Positions 38,739-48,947 of a stretch of DNA of 64,000 bases are shown in pieces (position 1 is the first letter of the stretch; every line of letters starts with the position of its first letter). The translations under genes and the position numbers were made by a program. Below the pieces are notes generated by a model, which was not told where the DNA came from, did no database searches, and saw only the letters and a list, made by a program, of their open reading frames with translations. The stretch is from Candidatus Anstonellales archaeon (GTDB lineage Archaea > Micrarchaeota > Micrarchaeia > Anstonellales > J096): assembly GCA_038896535.1 (NCBI GenBank), contig JAWACY010000002.1:91002-155001 (forward strand). The letters run 5' to 3'.

Positions 38739-39521
38739 ATGTTGGTTATGGACAAAAAAAAGGTTGCTGAATACATAAAAGAAAGGCTTGAAAAACAAGG
38801 AGCTATGATATTCTCACTTATTGACCCTCTGGATTATAAAAATGAGGAAGAAATTTTTAGAACAGCAAAAAATTTGAATGAAGGAAATGTTGATTGCATC
38901 CTTATTGGCGGCTCAATAGGTGTGCAGGGCCATTATTTAGATGAAATAATAAAAGGCATAAAAAGCATATCATCTATCCCTATTATCCTATTTCCAGGCA
39001 ATATAGGGACATTAAGCCCATTTGCTGATGCTGTTTATTTTATGAGCTTATTAAATTCTAGAAATAATTACTGGATAACAAGGGCACAAATGCTTGCTGC
39101 TCCTGTTGTAAAAAAGATTGGCATAGAAGCATTATCTGTTGCTTATCTTGTTGTTGAGCCTGGTGGCTCTGTTGGCTTTGTAGGAGAAGTTGACCTATTA
39201 CCAAGAAGCAATTTAAAAGTTGCCAGCGCATATGCAATGGCTGCTGAAATAATGGGCTTTAAATATATCCTAACTGATGCTGGCAGCAATCCAGACAGGC
39301 ATATTCCTTTGCCATTTATTAAAGCAGTAAGAAATTCCACTTCACTGCCATATATTGTTGCTGGCGGGATAAAAAAGCCGGAGCAAGCAAAATCTATTAT
39401 AGAAGCTGGTGCAGACATTGTGCAGATAGGAACAGCATTCGAGCAAGATAACGGCTTAGAAAAAATAAAAGCTTTTGTCAATGCAGTAAGAGAAGCAGGA
39501 AAAAAGAGAAAGCAGTATTAG
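38739..39521 (+). CDS. geranylgeranylglyceryl phosphate synthase (PcrB/GGGPS family)
   Basis: LIDPLDY, DCILIGGSIGV and C-terminal IVAGGIKKPEQAKSIIEAGADIVQIGTAFE match the TIM-barrel GGGPS signature. Confidence 0.85.
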   Translation: MLVMDKKKVAEYIKERLEKQGAMIFSLIDPLDYKNEEEIFRTAKNLNEGNVDCILIGGSIGVQGHYLDEIIKGIKSISSIPIILFPGNIGTLSPFADAVYFMSLLNSRNNYWITRAQMLAAPVVKKIGIEALSVAYLVVEPGGSVGFVGEVDLLPRSNLKVASAYAMAAEIMGFKYILTDAGSNPDRHIPLPFIKAVRNSTSLPYIVAGGIKKPEQAKSIIEAGADIVQIGTAFEQDNGLEKIKAFVNAVREAGKKRKQY

Positions 39522-39656
39522 GCTCGTATTAGGCTTATATTGTCAAGACTTTTAAATATCAAATGCGCTCATCTCTTCCGTGTTTATGCCTATTAAAAAT
39601 TAATGGTAAAAAATCAATCTAAAATCCTAACTGCAACAATTAATGCCTAATTGATT

Positions 39657-40322
39657 TTAGTTTAATCTTTCTGTTAGGGTTATATATGGGAATTCCTCTT
39701 GCAACATTTCATCTTCATCTCTTATGTAATCTAATGTTTCCAAGTCAGATTTTGCTTTGCCTGATAAGTCAAATAAATTCATTCTTGAAACGCCAGCGAG
39801 GACAAAACCAAAAACTTCTGTATTATCTTTCAATGCTTTTGCCTGCTCAATAATAGTTGTTTCGCTTTCCCCATGAGCTTCTTTTAATGCTTCTGTATTT
39901 TCTACTTTAATAACAAGCATTGCATTGAAGAACATATCTCTAAGCTTGCTAAAAGGAAATGAAAATATATTATTGGCTAAAGCATTTTTATCATCATTTT
40001 TACCGCCATTTTTATCATTTAATTTATTGTTATCATATACATAAAATTGGTAATATGGCAAATTTATGAGAACGCCTTTTTTCCTGTATGAATCCCTGCC
40101 TATTGGATAAAAAATTAGCAAATATTGCTCAAAAATTTCTTTGCCATTCAATGCATCTCCAAACTCATTAGGTGTTTTAATAGTTGCTTTCACTGCAACA
40201 AAATCGCATTTTCTGAGTTTTTTTACCAACCCTTCATTGCCAGTTATTTGAATCTCAAAATAAGGTTTTTCTGCATTGCTTTTTTCTGCATTGTTTTTTT
40301 TATCCTTTAACATATCAACCAC
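39657..40322 (-). CDS. hypothetical protein
   Basis: 221-aa ORF, no recognisable domain. Confidence 0.45.
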   Translation of the reverse strand: MVDMLKDKKNNAEKSNAEKPYFEIQITGNEGLVKKLRKCDFVAVKATIKTPNEFGDALNGKEIFEQYLLIFYPIGRDSYRKKGVLINLPYYQFYVYDNNKLNDKNGGKNDDKNALANNIFSFPFSKLRDMFFNAMLVIKVENTEALKEAHGESETTIIEQAKALKDNTEVFGFVLAGVSRMNLFDLSGKAKSDLETLDYIRDEDEMLQEEFPYITLTERLN

Positions 40323-40329
40323 AATATAA

Positions 40330-41118
40330 TTGTTATATTACGTATTTAAAAATGTTTCTACTATAAAAATTATTATGACACTATGCATGGGATTTGGGCA
40401 AAATAAAGAAATAAAAAGGAGTGCTGAAAATGATAAGAATAATGAAGGGTATAAGATAAAAAGCAAAATAGCATCCTTTTATGGATTAAAGGATAAAATA
40501 AATGGGGATAAAATAAATGGGGGAATGAATAGAATCAAAAGAATGCCAAGAGCATTTGCCATTGCTTATGCTATTTTATCTTCTCTTTCCTACATTAATG
40601 GATTAAATTATTTGGCTAAATCAAATATGGACATTGCTTTTTATAATAGCATTGCAGGAATTAATTTAAATACAAGAACAACAAATTATGAAGAAATGGC
40701 AAGAAAAATAAAAGAAATAAGGGCTGATTTTTTAACTAACTCAATAGAGATGAAATTATTGAACAACATGAACAGACAGTTTAAAGAAGGAGAAAAAATA
40801 AATTTAGATATTGACATCACAGCAGATAAAGATCTTTATATAATGGCTGCTCTTATAGTAATAGGTGGAGGAAGAATGGCATTAATTGTTAATAAAGAGG
40901 AAGAAAATAATTTAACTATAAGGATTTCATTCACAATAAGTAAAGGGTTAATAAAAGAAATTAATGGGCTTAAAGTTTTATACTTAAAACTTATTGTTAG
41001 CGGGGTCGATAAAGAATTATTAGCAAAAAAAAGTACTAATGAAAAAATAGATAATGAAAATATAGATAAAGAAGACGTTTTAATAAAGGTGTTTAATCTT
41101 GCCATACCATTAGCTTAA
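40330..41118 (+). CDS. hypothetical protein
   Basis: 262-aa ORF with an Asn/Lys-rich N-terminus. No recognisable domain. Confidence 0.4.
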   Translation: MLYYVFKNVSTIKIIMTLCMGFGQNKEIKRSAENDKNNEGYKIKSKIASFYGLKDKINGDKINGGMNRIKRMPRAFAIAYAILSSLSYINGLNYLAKSNMDIAFYNSIAGINLNTRTTNYEEMARKIKEIRADFLTNSIEMKLLNNMNRQFKEGEKINLDIDITADKDLYIMAALIVIGGGRMALIVNKEEENNLTIRISFTISKGLIKEINGLKVLYLKLIVSGVDKELLAKKSTNEKIDNENIDKEDVLIKVFNLAIPLA

Positions 41119-41164
41119 ATACAATTAGCTTATAGCACTAGTAGAGTTAAGTTTAAAAAACAAA

Positions 41165-41758
41165 TTGAGAAAATGCTTTATGCGAGATGTTGTTGTTGCA
41201 ATATCAATATTATTAATAGTTGCTTTCATTATTAGCATATTGCTAATTTTTGCTACTGCAAAACAAACAGGCCAAATTTTAAGTGTGGAGAAACAATCAA
41301 TAGAGAACGCCATAATAGAAGACGCAAGCCAGAGATTCAGAGGGGCTGATATAATAGATATTGTAAAACTTACAAAAAAAGATAACAATGAGGTTGCAGT
41401 ATTAAGAGTAACATATAATTATTCTTCAATATGCCCAAAAAGGGAGCATGTTTACTATTCTTATCCAGAAGGCAGGTTTTTGCCTCAATACCCAATAGAA
41501 GTAATAACATCTTGCGACTTATGCAGGAATAGCAATAATTGCTTAATCGCATATGAAGAGGAAGCAATCATTGCAAGCACAAATATTAAAGGCACTGAAA
41601 AACTTAGAGATTTCGTAATAAATGAAGGGGCCAGCCCGATACCAAAAAAGATAGGAGAAAATGTTTGGAAGGTTACATGGATCTCTGAAGATGGGAAGAT
41701 AGGCACGGCCAGCTTTACAAATAAAGGAGAGCTTATACAAGTTTCTGTTAGCTCTTAA
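41165..41758 (+). CDS. hypothetical membrane-anchored protein
   Basis: Single N-terminal TM helix (VVVAISILLIVAFIISILLIFA) and an extracytoplasmic domain containing four Cys. Confidence 0.4.
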   Translation: MRKCFMRDVVVAISILLIVAFIISILLIFATAKQTGQILSVEKQSIENAIIEDASQRFRGADIIDIVKLTKKDNNEVAVLRVTYNYSSICPKREHVYYSYPEGRFLPQYPIEVITSCDLCRNSNNCLIAYEEEAIIASTNIKGTEKLRDFVINEGASPIPKKIGENVWKVTWISEDGKIGTASFTNKGELIQVSVSS

Positions 41759-41777
41759 TTGCATTAAAGGTGGTAAA

Positions 41778-42884
41778 ATGATTGAATTAAAAGAACTGCC
41801 ATTGGTAAAAGCAGATGAGCCATTATCTAAAGGCATTGCACTTTTATTAAAACCATCTCCGATTGTTGGTGTTTTAGAAGGCAATAACTTAATTGGGGTA
41901 TTAGATGACAGACATTTGAGCATAAGGGCAAAAGATGCTTCGCAGATAAAATGTTCCAGTGTTTCCATAAAGTGCCATAAAATAAAGAAAATCGGCAGCA
42001 TAGAGCATTTAATAAAAATTTTTGCTAACGAGCATTTCAAAGCACTTCCTGTTGTTGGAAAAGATAACAGGCCAGTTGGTTATTATTCAAGGAGCGAGAT
42101 ATTAAAGGCAATTGTTGATAAAGGCCTTTTGCCAGATGTTAGCATAACAGATATTATGTCTGCTCCTATTTATACAATAGATTCAAATGCAACATTAGGA
42201 GAAGCAAAAGCAAGAATGAAAGAGCTGGGCGTAAAAAGATTGACAGTATTGGAGAATGGCAGATTAATTGGTGTCATATCAAGCTTTGATCTTATAGCAT
42301 TGAAAATAAAACCAAAACAAAGACAAAGCATGCAACTTGTAAAAGAAGTGAAAAATATTGAAAATACAAAAGTAAAAGAGCTTTTAAGAGAGCCATTGCT
42401 TATAGTAGCAAAAACAGATAGGCTTTATGATGTTGTAACAAAAATGTATGAAAAAAATGTTTCTTATGCATTAGTAGTTGAAAGCTTGGAAAAAAGAAAG
42501 CCAATTGGCATATTAACAGCAAGGGCGATATTCAAAAAAGTTTTAGAGAACATAGAAAAGCCAAAAACAAAAATAGAGATATCTGGATTAAAAGATAAAA
42601 ATATGTGGGCCTTTGATGAGATAAAAGATGCATTTATGAAGTTGGCAGAAAAAATAAATAAAATAAAAAGCCTTGATAAAATATCAATAACAATCAAAGA
42701 AGGAAAAAGCACTTATCGTTATAATGTAGGGGTTTATTCAGAAGGCAAAATAGAGCATTTCCATTCAGAAGATGAAGAGCTTTTAATGGCTGCTTATAAA
42801 GTCATTGACATAATAAAAGCGCGGGCGTTAAAAGAAAAGGGAAGAAAACACTTAAGAAAACCGGCTGAAGAGGAATTTGAATGA
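41778..42884 (+). CDS. CBS-domain protein (two CBS pairs)
   Basis: Repeated CBS-like units (e.g. DIMSAPIYTIDSNATLGEAKARMKELGVKRLTVLENGRLIGVISSFDL). Confidence 0.7.
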   Translation: MIELKELPLVKADEPLSKGIALLLKPSPIVGVLEGNNLIGVLDDRHLSIRAKDASQIKCSSVSIKCHKIKKIGSIEHLIKIFANEHFKALPVVGKDNRPVGYYSRSEILKAIVDKGLLPDVSITDIMSAPIYTIDSNATLGEAKARMKELGVKRLTVLENGRLIGVISSFDLIALKIKPKQRQSMQLVKEVKNIENTKVKELLREPLLIVAKTDRLYDVVTKMYEKNVSYALVVESLEKRKPIGILTARAIFKKVLENIEKPKTKIEISGLKDKNMWAFDEIKDAFMKLAEKINKIKSLDKISITIKEGKSTYRYNVGVYSEGKIEHFHSEDEELLMAAYKVIDIIKARALKEKGRKHLRKPAEEEFE

Positions 42885-43306
42885 AAAAACATAGGGCACA
42901 AGTTTCATTTGAATTGCTTGCTATTATCTTCTTTATTTTTGCATTATTTATCCCTATATTATATTTTTTTTACATAAGGTCTTCAGATATAACAAGGCAG
43001 GCATCAAATGATTATGCAAGTGCTTATTTAGATGCAATTTATTCAAATGCTTTATCTGTCTATCATGCTGGTAATGGCAGTTATGTCATAGCAGTCATAA
43101 ATGTCCCGAATGGAATAAAGAATATTGCTATAAAAAATATAAACAGCATGCCAATATTACTTGTAATTGAAACTGAAGGCAGTAATATGACAAAGATCAT
43201 GCCAGCAAATACAACTATAGATGGAAAAGATAGATTGATATTGCCAGGAATAAGAGAGATAAACATAAGTTATGACGGAAATGCTATATTAATAAAGCCA
43301 AAATAA
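42881..43306 (+). CDS. archaeal type IV pilin-like protein with class III signal peptide
   Basis: MKKHRA|QVSFELLAIIFFIF has Q at +1 and E at +5 after a basic leader, the prepilin-peptidase recognition pattern, followed by a hydrophobic helix. ATGA overlap with the CBS gene. Confidence 0.6.
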   Translation: MKKHRAQVSFELLAIIFFIFALFIPILYFFYIRSSDITRQASNDYASAYLDAIYSNALSVYHAGNGSYVIAVINVPNGIKNIAIKNINSMPILLVIETEGSNMTKIMPANTTIDGKDRLILPGIREINISYDGNAILIKPK

Positions 43307-43343
43307 ACAGCAATAAATAAAAAAAGGCAGAATAAAATATTTT

Positions 43344-44609
43344 ATGGCAAGCGTTATAGCACTAATAGAAAAAAATAAAAAATTACTGATTGAATTACAT
43401 GAAAAGGATAAATCAATGTATTCAAATGCATTAACACTCCCAGGCGGGCATATAGAAAAGGGCGAAAACGAGGAGCAAGCATTAATAAGAGAAATGAAAG
43501 AAGAGCTTGACATTTTACCATTGAAATATAAAAAACTCGGCACATTCAAAGTAATAAAAGATTTTAACAATTATTCTTATGAGCATGTTTTTCACATAAC
43601 CTCATTTGAAGGCAAGATAAAAAAATTGTCAGCAAGCAATCTATTCTGGATAAATAAAAACATTGCTGAAAGTATGCTAGAATTAGAGCCAGATAAAAAT
43701 GCTGTTAGATTTCTATTCAAAAAGGGAAAACAAAGAGCATTAAAATGCTTTGGCATAGAATTCAAAACAAAAAATGTTTTTTTAGATTTTCATAAAAAAT
43801 ATGGGCCAGTAACAGTAATAAAAGGGAAGAGAAACATTATGATAAAAAGCGGTGAAAAGCCGAAAAGTTCTGGTCTTTTTCTTGCATTTGAAACAGCAAA
43901 GAAAATGAAAAGTAATAAAGTTTATAAAGTTCTTGACATAGGCACTGGCAATGGAGCAGTTTTATTTGGCATATATGCATTTGCTGATATAGATTGCTAT
44001 TGCATAGAAAAGCATGCAGGTCCTTTAAAAGAATTAAAAACTAATGCTGAGATAAATAAATTGAGAAACATAAAAATAATAAGAAAAGATATAAATAAGG
44101 ATATAAATTTAATAGAAAATAAGAATAAAACCTTCGATTTTATAACAAGCAATATAGCACAACTCCCATACAATGCTGGGATTATTAAAAAACTCAGATT
44201 AAATAAAGAGAGCATAGATTATAATTTTGCTAAATCCAATGGCTGGCAAAATATAAAAAGCGTTTTGTCATTGTCAAAAAAAATATTGAATAAGGACGGA
44301 AAGTTAATGCTATTAATGTTTTCATTTTTAGGCACTTCTAAAAGAACTGGCAAAGAAAAATGTCTCATTGAATTAGCAAAAGACAATTTCTCATTTAGGC
44401 TATGTAATTCATATATAAGAAAGATAAGGGGCAATGGCATAACAGCATCTGCATTGCCAGCAATTGCAAAACACTACCCAAAAGCAGAATTTTTCTATTT
44501 GACAAAAAATGGAATTAAAAAATGCTATGCAAGAAAAGCATATAAAATGTTTTCTCATAATTTTCCATTATACACAAAAATGGAGGTCTGGGAGTTATGC
44601 AGAAGATAA
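43344..44609 (+). CDS. Nudix hydrolase fused to class I SAM-dependent methyltransferase
   Basis: Nudix box GGHIEKGENEEQALIREMKEELDI at aa 34-57. MTase motif I VLDIGTGNGAVL near aa 196 and a degenerate motif-IV-like FDFITSNIAQLPY near aa 264. Confidence 0.7.
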   Translation: MASVIALIEKNKKLLIELHEKDKSMYSNALTLPGGHIEKGENEEQALIREMKEELDILPLKYKKLGTFKVIKDFNNYSYEHVFHITSFEGKIKKLSASNLFWINKNIAESMLELEPDKNAVRFLFKKGKQRALKCFGIEFKTKNVFLDFHKKYGPVTVIKGKRNIMIKSGEKPKSSGLFLAFETAKKMKSNKVYKVLDIGTGNGAVLFGIYAFADIDCYCIEKHAGPLKELKTNAEINKLRNIKIIRKDINKDINLIENKNKTFDFITSNIAQLPYNAGIIKKLRLNKESIDYNFAKSNGWQNIKSVLSLSKKILNKDGKLMLLMFSFLGTSKRTGKEKCLIELAKDNFSFRLCNSYIRKIRGNGITASALPAIAKHYPKAEFFYLTKNGIKKCYARKAYKMFSHNFPLYTKMEVWELCRR

Positions 44610-45166
44610 TTTTTATTGGCGGAGCTTCAGGAGTAGGAAAGACAACATTTGCTAGAGAACTCGCAATTAAAAACAAAGCAGAATATTTGCACTTCTTCAA
44701 GTATTTTCATTCATTTTTTGGGAAGCCTGATAAAAAGCATTATTATGAATTATTGAATTATTTTACTCAAATACTAATAAAGCAATTAAAAGCATCTGAC
44801 AATGATGTTTTCATTGACATGCATTATGCTCTCCAGTTAGATAGCATAAATTGTTGGAGTAAAAGGGCAGTTGATCCAAATGCAAAGTTTTATCCAAGCC
44901 TAAAAAAGGAAAGCATAAAATTGTTAAAAAGTTATTTTGATGTCTATGCTATAATGTTATTAACTGGATATGGAAACATTGATAAAAGATTTGGCATTAG
45001 AAAAGAGCAATTCGAAAAAGAACAAGAAGGAGAGCTAGAGCAATATTTAAATCTACCATTGGAGAATGAAAGGAAATTAATGCTATTAAGGACTGATCTA
45101 AAATTTATGGCTCAACTTCTTCAATCGTATATTCTGGGAAAAAGGCTGGAAAATCAAATGATTTAA
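44597..45166 (+). CDS. P-loop NTPase, predicted nucleotide or polynucleotide kinase
   Basis: Walker A IFIGGASGVGKTT and Walker-B-like VFIDMHYAL. Overlaps the Nudix-MTase gene by 13 nt. Confidence 0.6.
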   Translation: MQKIIFIGGASGVGKTTFARELAIKNKAEYLHFFKYFHSFFGKPDKKHYYELLNYFTQILIKQLKASDNDVFIDMHYALQLDSINCWSKRAVDPNAKFYPSLKKESIKLLKSYFDVYAIMLLTGYGNIDKRFGIRKEQFEKEQEGELEQYLNLPLENERKLMLLRTDLKFMAQLLQSYILGKRLENQMI

Positions 45167-45713
45167 ACCTTTCATAATTTATTTCTTCTTTTTTCTTATC
45201 ATCTATTTTTGCTATTGTAACAACCTTCTTTTCTCTGTCCACATTTATTACTTCTAAACCAGCGAATTTAAAGAATGCTTTTATTTTTTCAATTTCATCT
45301 TTTATGACCTTTCTTAACTTAACTTTCACAATAACGCTCTTGCCAGCAAGTGGATGGTTAAAATCTATTGTCACTCTGCCAGCTTCTATTTTCTTAACAG
45401 TTCCTTGTATTGGTCCGTATGGCCCTTTAAATTCCAATGTCTGCCCTTCTCTTATATCAGCATTTGCAAAAGCAGATAGGGGATATGTCTTTACAAGGCT
45501 TAAATCTCTTTCCCCAAATGCTTCATGCTTGTTCAGCTCTTTTTCCATCTCTTGCCCTTCTTTAAGCCTGCCTATATCAATATCAATGGCATTGAATATT
45601 GAATTATAACCATATATTATAAGCGCCCCTTGTTCTTTTGTTTCAATGCTTAAATCGCCATCTTTTTCTTTTATCTTGTAATCAACAACAAGAAAATCTC
45701 CAAATATTGCCAT
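45105..45713 (-). CDS. FKBP-type peptidyl-prolyl cis-trans isomerase (archaeal long SlyD-like)
   Basis: FKBP fold with an IF-domain insertion and DFNHPLAGK signature. The C-terminal end overlaps the convergent kinase gene by 62 nt. Confidence 0.9.
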   Translation of the reverse strand: MAIFGDFLVVDYKIKEKDGDLSIETKEQGALIIYGYNSIFNAIDIDIGRLKEGQEMEKELNKHEAFGERDLSLVKTYPLSAFANADIREGQTLEFKGPYGPIQGTVKKIEAGRVTIDFNHPLAGKSVIVKVKLRKVIKDEIEKIKAFFKFAGLEVINVDREKKVVTIAKIDDKKKEEINYERFKSFDFPAFFPEYTIEEVEP

Positions 45714-45772
45714 TTTACCACCAATACATAATTAAAACATACGATTTTTAAATTCTCCTTAAAAATTCATTT

Positions 45773-46741
45773 ATGGATGCAAAAAAAGCTCTTGCTATCT
45801 TTATTGCATTAATATTACTTGGGGAAGCTTTATATTTAATATTTATAAATAATCAAAGAGTAAATATAGGCAACAATAATGAAGAACAAAGAGAGCTTTT
45901 TACTGCTATTATAAAAGCAAAAATAGTGAAGCTTGACAGGATAACAACAAAAAATAGCGATTTAGCAAATGCATTAAGTTTTTGCAACCAAAATAAAATA
46001 ATGGATGATTACATAATAAGCTGCCAAGAGCAGGGCAATTTGAGCAGTATTTTAAAAAATTTCGATGGTTTTAACAGCACTACATTCAGATATAAGATTA
46101 ATACAGAGAAAGTCATTACAAAGGTAAGCCAAGGCAATTTCACGCAAGACATGGATATTACACTACCATATTACATAGAATTAAATGGAACAATAGAGCT
46201 TGAGGGCACAGCAACAATAATAAATGATTCAATATCAAGCATAAGTATAAACAGCATATACACAAAGAGAGACTTAATAAATGAGAGCGCTAAAGTGTTA
46301 GAATCAAAAATTATTAATTATTTATATTCAATACCATTTGATTATAGAAATATCATTCCAAAAAATAATGAATCAAATATTAATATTAGAAATGTTGTTT
46401 ATACAAACATGACAAATATAGAAAAACCAGATTTTGTATCATTTGTTGGAGAAGGGTATATAATAGTAAATGACGCTGTTAATGCAGAAGAAGTAAAAAA
46501 GTATTACAAAGATGCTGTGATGCCAAATATCATTTATGAAACAAAAGAAAAGATTAATAATAATTATAATTTCAGTTATTCAATTTTATATAATCTAACT
46601 TTAAACACAAGTATTGGGCTAATAAACACATCTTATAATAGCAATAAAACAATAAATGAGGGAGAATATTTAAACATATCAATTGATTTAATAAAGTCAG
46701 GCGATTTAATAATAAGTAAAAAATTAACAATTATTGGTTGA
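45773..46741 (+). CDS. hypothetical membrane-anchored Asn-rich extracellular protein
   Basis: N-terminal TM/signal-anchor (ALAIFIALILLGEALYLIF) followed by a domain very rich in Asn/Ile/Ser with many N-x-S/T sequons. Confidence 0.45.
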   Translation: MDAKKALAIFIALILLGEALYLIFINNQRVNIGNNNEEQRELFTAIIKAKIVKLDRITTKNSDLANALSFCNQNKIMDDYIISCQEQGNLSSILKNFDGFNSTTFRYKINTEKVITKVSQGNFTQDMDITLPYYIELNGTIELEGTATIINDSISSISINSIYTKRDLINESAKVLESKIINYLYSIPFDYRNIIPKNNESNINIRNVVYTNMTNIEKPDFVSFVGEGYIIVNDAVNAEEVKKYYKDAVMPNIIYETKEKINNNYNFSYSILYNLTLNTSIGLINTSYNSNKTINEGEYLNISIDLIKSGDLIISKKLTIIG

Positions 46742-46819
46742 TTTTATTAAGATTTTATTGTTTATTAAGATTTTATTGATGGCCACATTAATAATCAATT
46801 TATTTAATAATTAAGTTAT

Positions 46820-48814
46820 TTAATAACCAATTTCATTATTTTTTAGTCTCATGATCTCTAGCTCATCTATATACTTTTTGAAGATTTTTAATAATATGGG
46901 CTTAACAATTTTCATAGACAAAATCCTTATAAATGAAGCTGGCGCTGAAAAAAGCGTTTTTATGCTTAGCCTTTCTTTTTTATCTTTTGAAACTTGTATG
47001 TTCAATATGAAATTTCTTAAATTATCATTAGCATAAAATGCAATTAATTTTTCTGTTCTTATTATATGTAGCAGTTCAACATAGCTCTTAATCGATCTCT
47101 GCCCATATTTAATAAGAGATGAGATTATTGGCTCTTTAATATCATTTCTTGCGTATAACCCCTCAGCTTCAAACAACTTATTTAATTCATTTAGATAATT
47201 TAAAAATGACCTATTATCATATAAGCTTTTTTTCTCTTCTATCAATCTATCCAAAAATGAAGCAGCGATATTTGACATAATGTTAAGCTTTGTAAAAAAT
47301 CCTATTTTGCTCTCTTTAAAAATATCTCTTATCTCATAAAAGTCTATATAGCTATCAGCATTTTTAACATAAAATGGCAAAAGATAAATTAATTTATTTC
47401 TTACAATAAATGAATAATCACCATCAATAAATTTGTAGAATTCAAACTCTTTGTACTTTTCATTTAATACTTTCAATACTTCATTATCAAAAGCTATGTT
47501 GCTGAACTGTTTTGTTTTTGCCATGCTATAAACAAAATCATTTATAATTTCATTAACAGCTCTGACTAAATATATATCGTTAATATTATCAGAATTGAGC
47601 GTTTTTATTAAATTACATACAAACATTGAATAATATAACAAAAATGCTTTTCGTTCTTTTTCTGATTCTGATATTGGGTCACTCTTATTTCTTTGCTTTC
47701 TGTAATCACTAACTTCATTCTTCACTTTTTCTTTTATTCTCCTAACTACAAAAATTGGGATGCCGGCATTATTAAAATAAGAATCAACGCTTTCTAATGC
47801 TGGGTTGGTCTGTTTAAATAATAGTTCATCATAAGCCTTATCCATAACTTCTATAAATAGTCTCTTCCTACGTTCATGCATTATATAGTTTTCAAGATTA
47901 ATTGGTATTCTGTAATCAAGCATTGATAAGCTGCCCGTATCAATATTTAGCGCTAAAGATGGGGTGTATATTATTTCATTCATAACACAAATGCCCAATG
48001 GCCTTAAAACTAATTTTCCTTTTTCAAAATTTACCACATCACACATCAATCTTAGTATTTTTTCATGTTCTGAGAATAAAGCATTTAGCCATTCATGCCT
48101 TACAGGCTTATAAAAAAGCCTTATTTTATCAAATCCATATTTAAAAGCCATATTCAGGGCAATTATTAACTGCATCGGGTTTCTAAATGCCTTATCTTCC
48201 TTAACATTATCCTGATCAAAATAATAATCTGGGTATTTTTTATCATTATTATTAAATTCCACATCATAGCAATTGTTTTTATCAGCACGGGTAAATTTAA
48301 AGCTATATGAGATTTGTAAATGTGTTCTATAATCATTTCCAACAATCATATACCTAGGCCCAGATAATGATAATAGGTCTTTTTTTATGTAATCTTGCCC
48401 ATCTTCTTCATTTTTTGATTTTATATCAAATGCATTTTTTAATATAAAATGATGAATCCTTAAATAGCGCAACTCATTAACAATATCGCTTCCAAATATG
48501 TAAATAAGTAACCTATCAAATTTCTCTGATACTGGGGGAAAATGTTCATTTAAAAATACTTTACTCGGGTGATAGCCATCTATGCCAATTATTTCTTGCC
48601 TAAACTCTGATAAATTTTTGTCTACTTCAAATATTTTATCTATTAATGTTCCAGCCACTTTTATTTGCTCTGCTAATTTAGCATTTAATTTGTCATAAAA
48701 ACTGCTATCAGTTCTTAAAAAAATCTTCCTGCATTTTATGAGCTGTTTTTTCAAAGCTTGCAAATAATCATGTCTTTCAATTATTAATCTTTTTCTTGTA
48801 TCAAAGCCCCCCAT
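46820..48814 (-). CDS. hypothetical protein (664 aa)
   Basis: Long uninterrupted ORF with no recognised motif. Confidence 0.55.
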   Translation of the reverse strand: MGGFDTRKRLIIERHDYLQALKKQLIKCRKIFLRTDSSFYDKLNAKLAEQIKVAGTLIDKIFEVDKNLSEFRQEIIGIDGYHPSKVFLNEHFPPVSEKFDRLLIYIFGSDIVNELRYLRIHHFILKNAFDIKSKNEEDGQDYIKKDLLSLSGPRYMIVGNDYRTHLQISYSFKFTRADKNNCYDVEFNNNDKKYPDYYFDQDNVKEDKAFRNPMQLIIALNMAFKYGFDKIRLFYKPVRHEWLNALFSEHEKILRLMCDVVNFEKGKLVLRPLGICVMNEIIYTPSLALNIDTGSLSMLDYRIPINLENYIMHERRKRLFIEVMDKAYDELLFKQTNPALESVDSYFNNAGIPIFVVRRIKEKVKNEVSDYRKQRNKSDPISESEKERKAFLLYYSMFVCNLIKTLNSDNINDIYLVRAVNEIINDFVYSMAKTKQFSNIAFDNEVLKVLNEKYKEFEFYKFIDGDYSFIVRNKLIYLLPFYVKNADSYIDFYEIRDIFKESKIGFFTKLNIMSNIAASFLDRLIEEKKSLYDNRSFLNYLNELNKLFEAEGLYARNDIKEPIISSLIKYGQRSIKSYVELLHIIRTEKLIAFYANDNLRNFILNIQVSKDKKERLSIKTLFSAPASFIRILSMKIVKPILLKIFKKYIDELEIMRLKNNEIGY

Positions 48815-48947
48815 AAAATAAAATAGAATTCGTTTTTTAAAATTTTACTTCCAATAAGCAATTCACAATAATTCAAGATAAACTTTTACTCCTACTAATC
48901 TCCAATTTATTCTTTCCCTTATTTTTCCAATGCTTTATCATTTTTTC

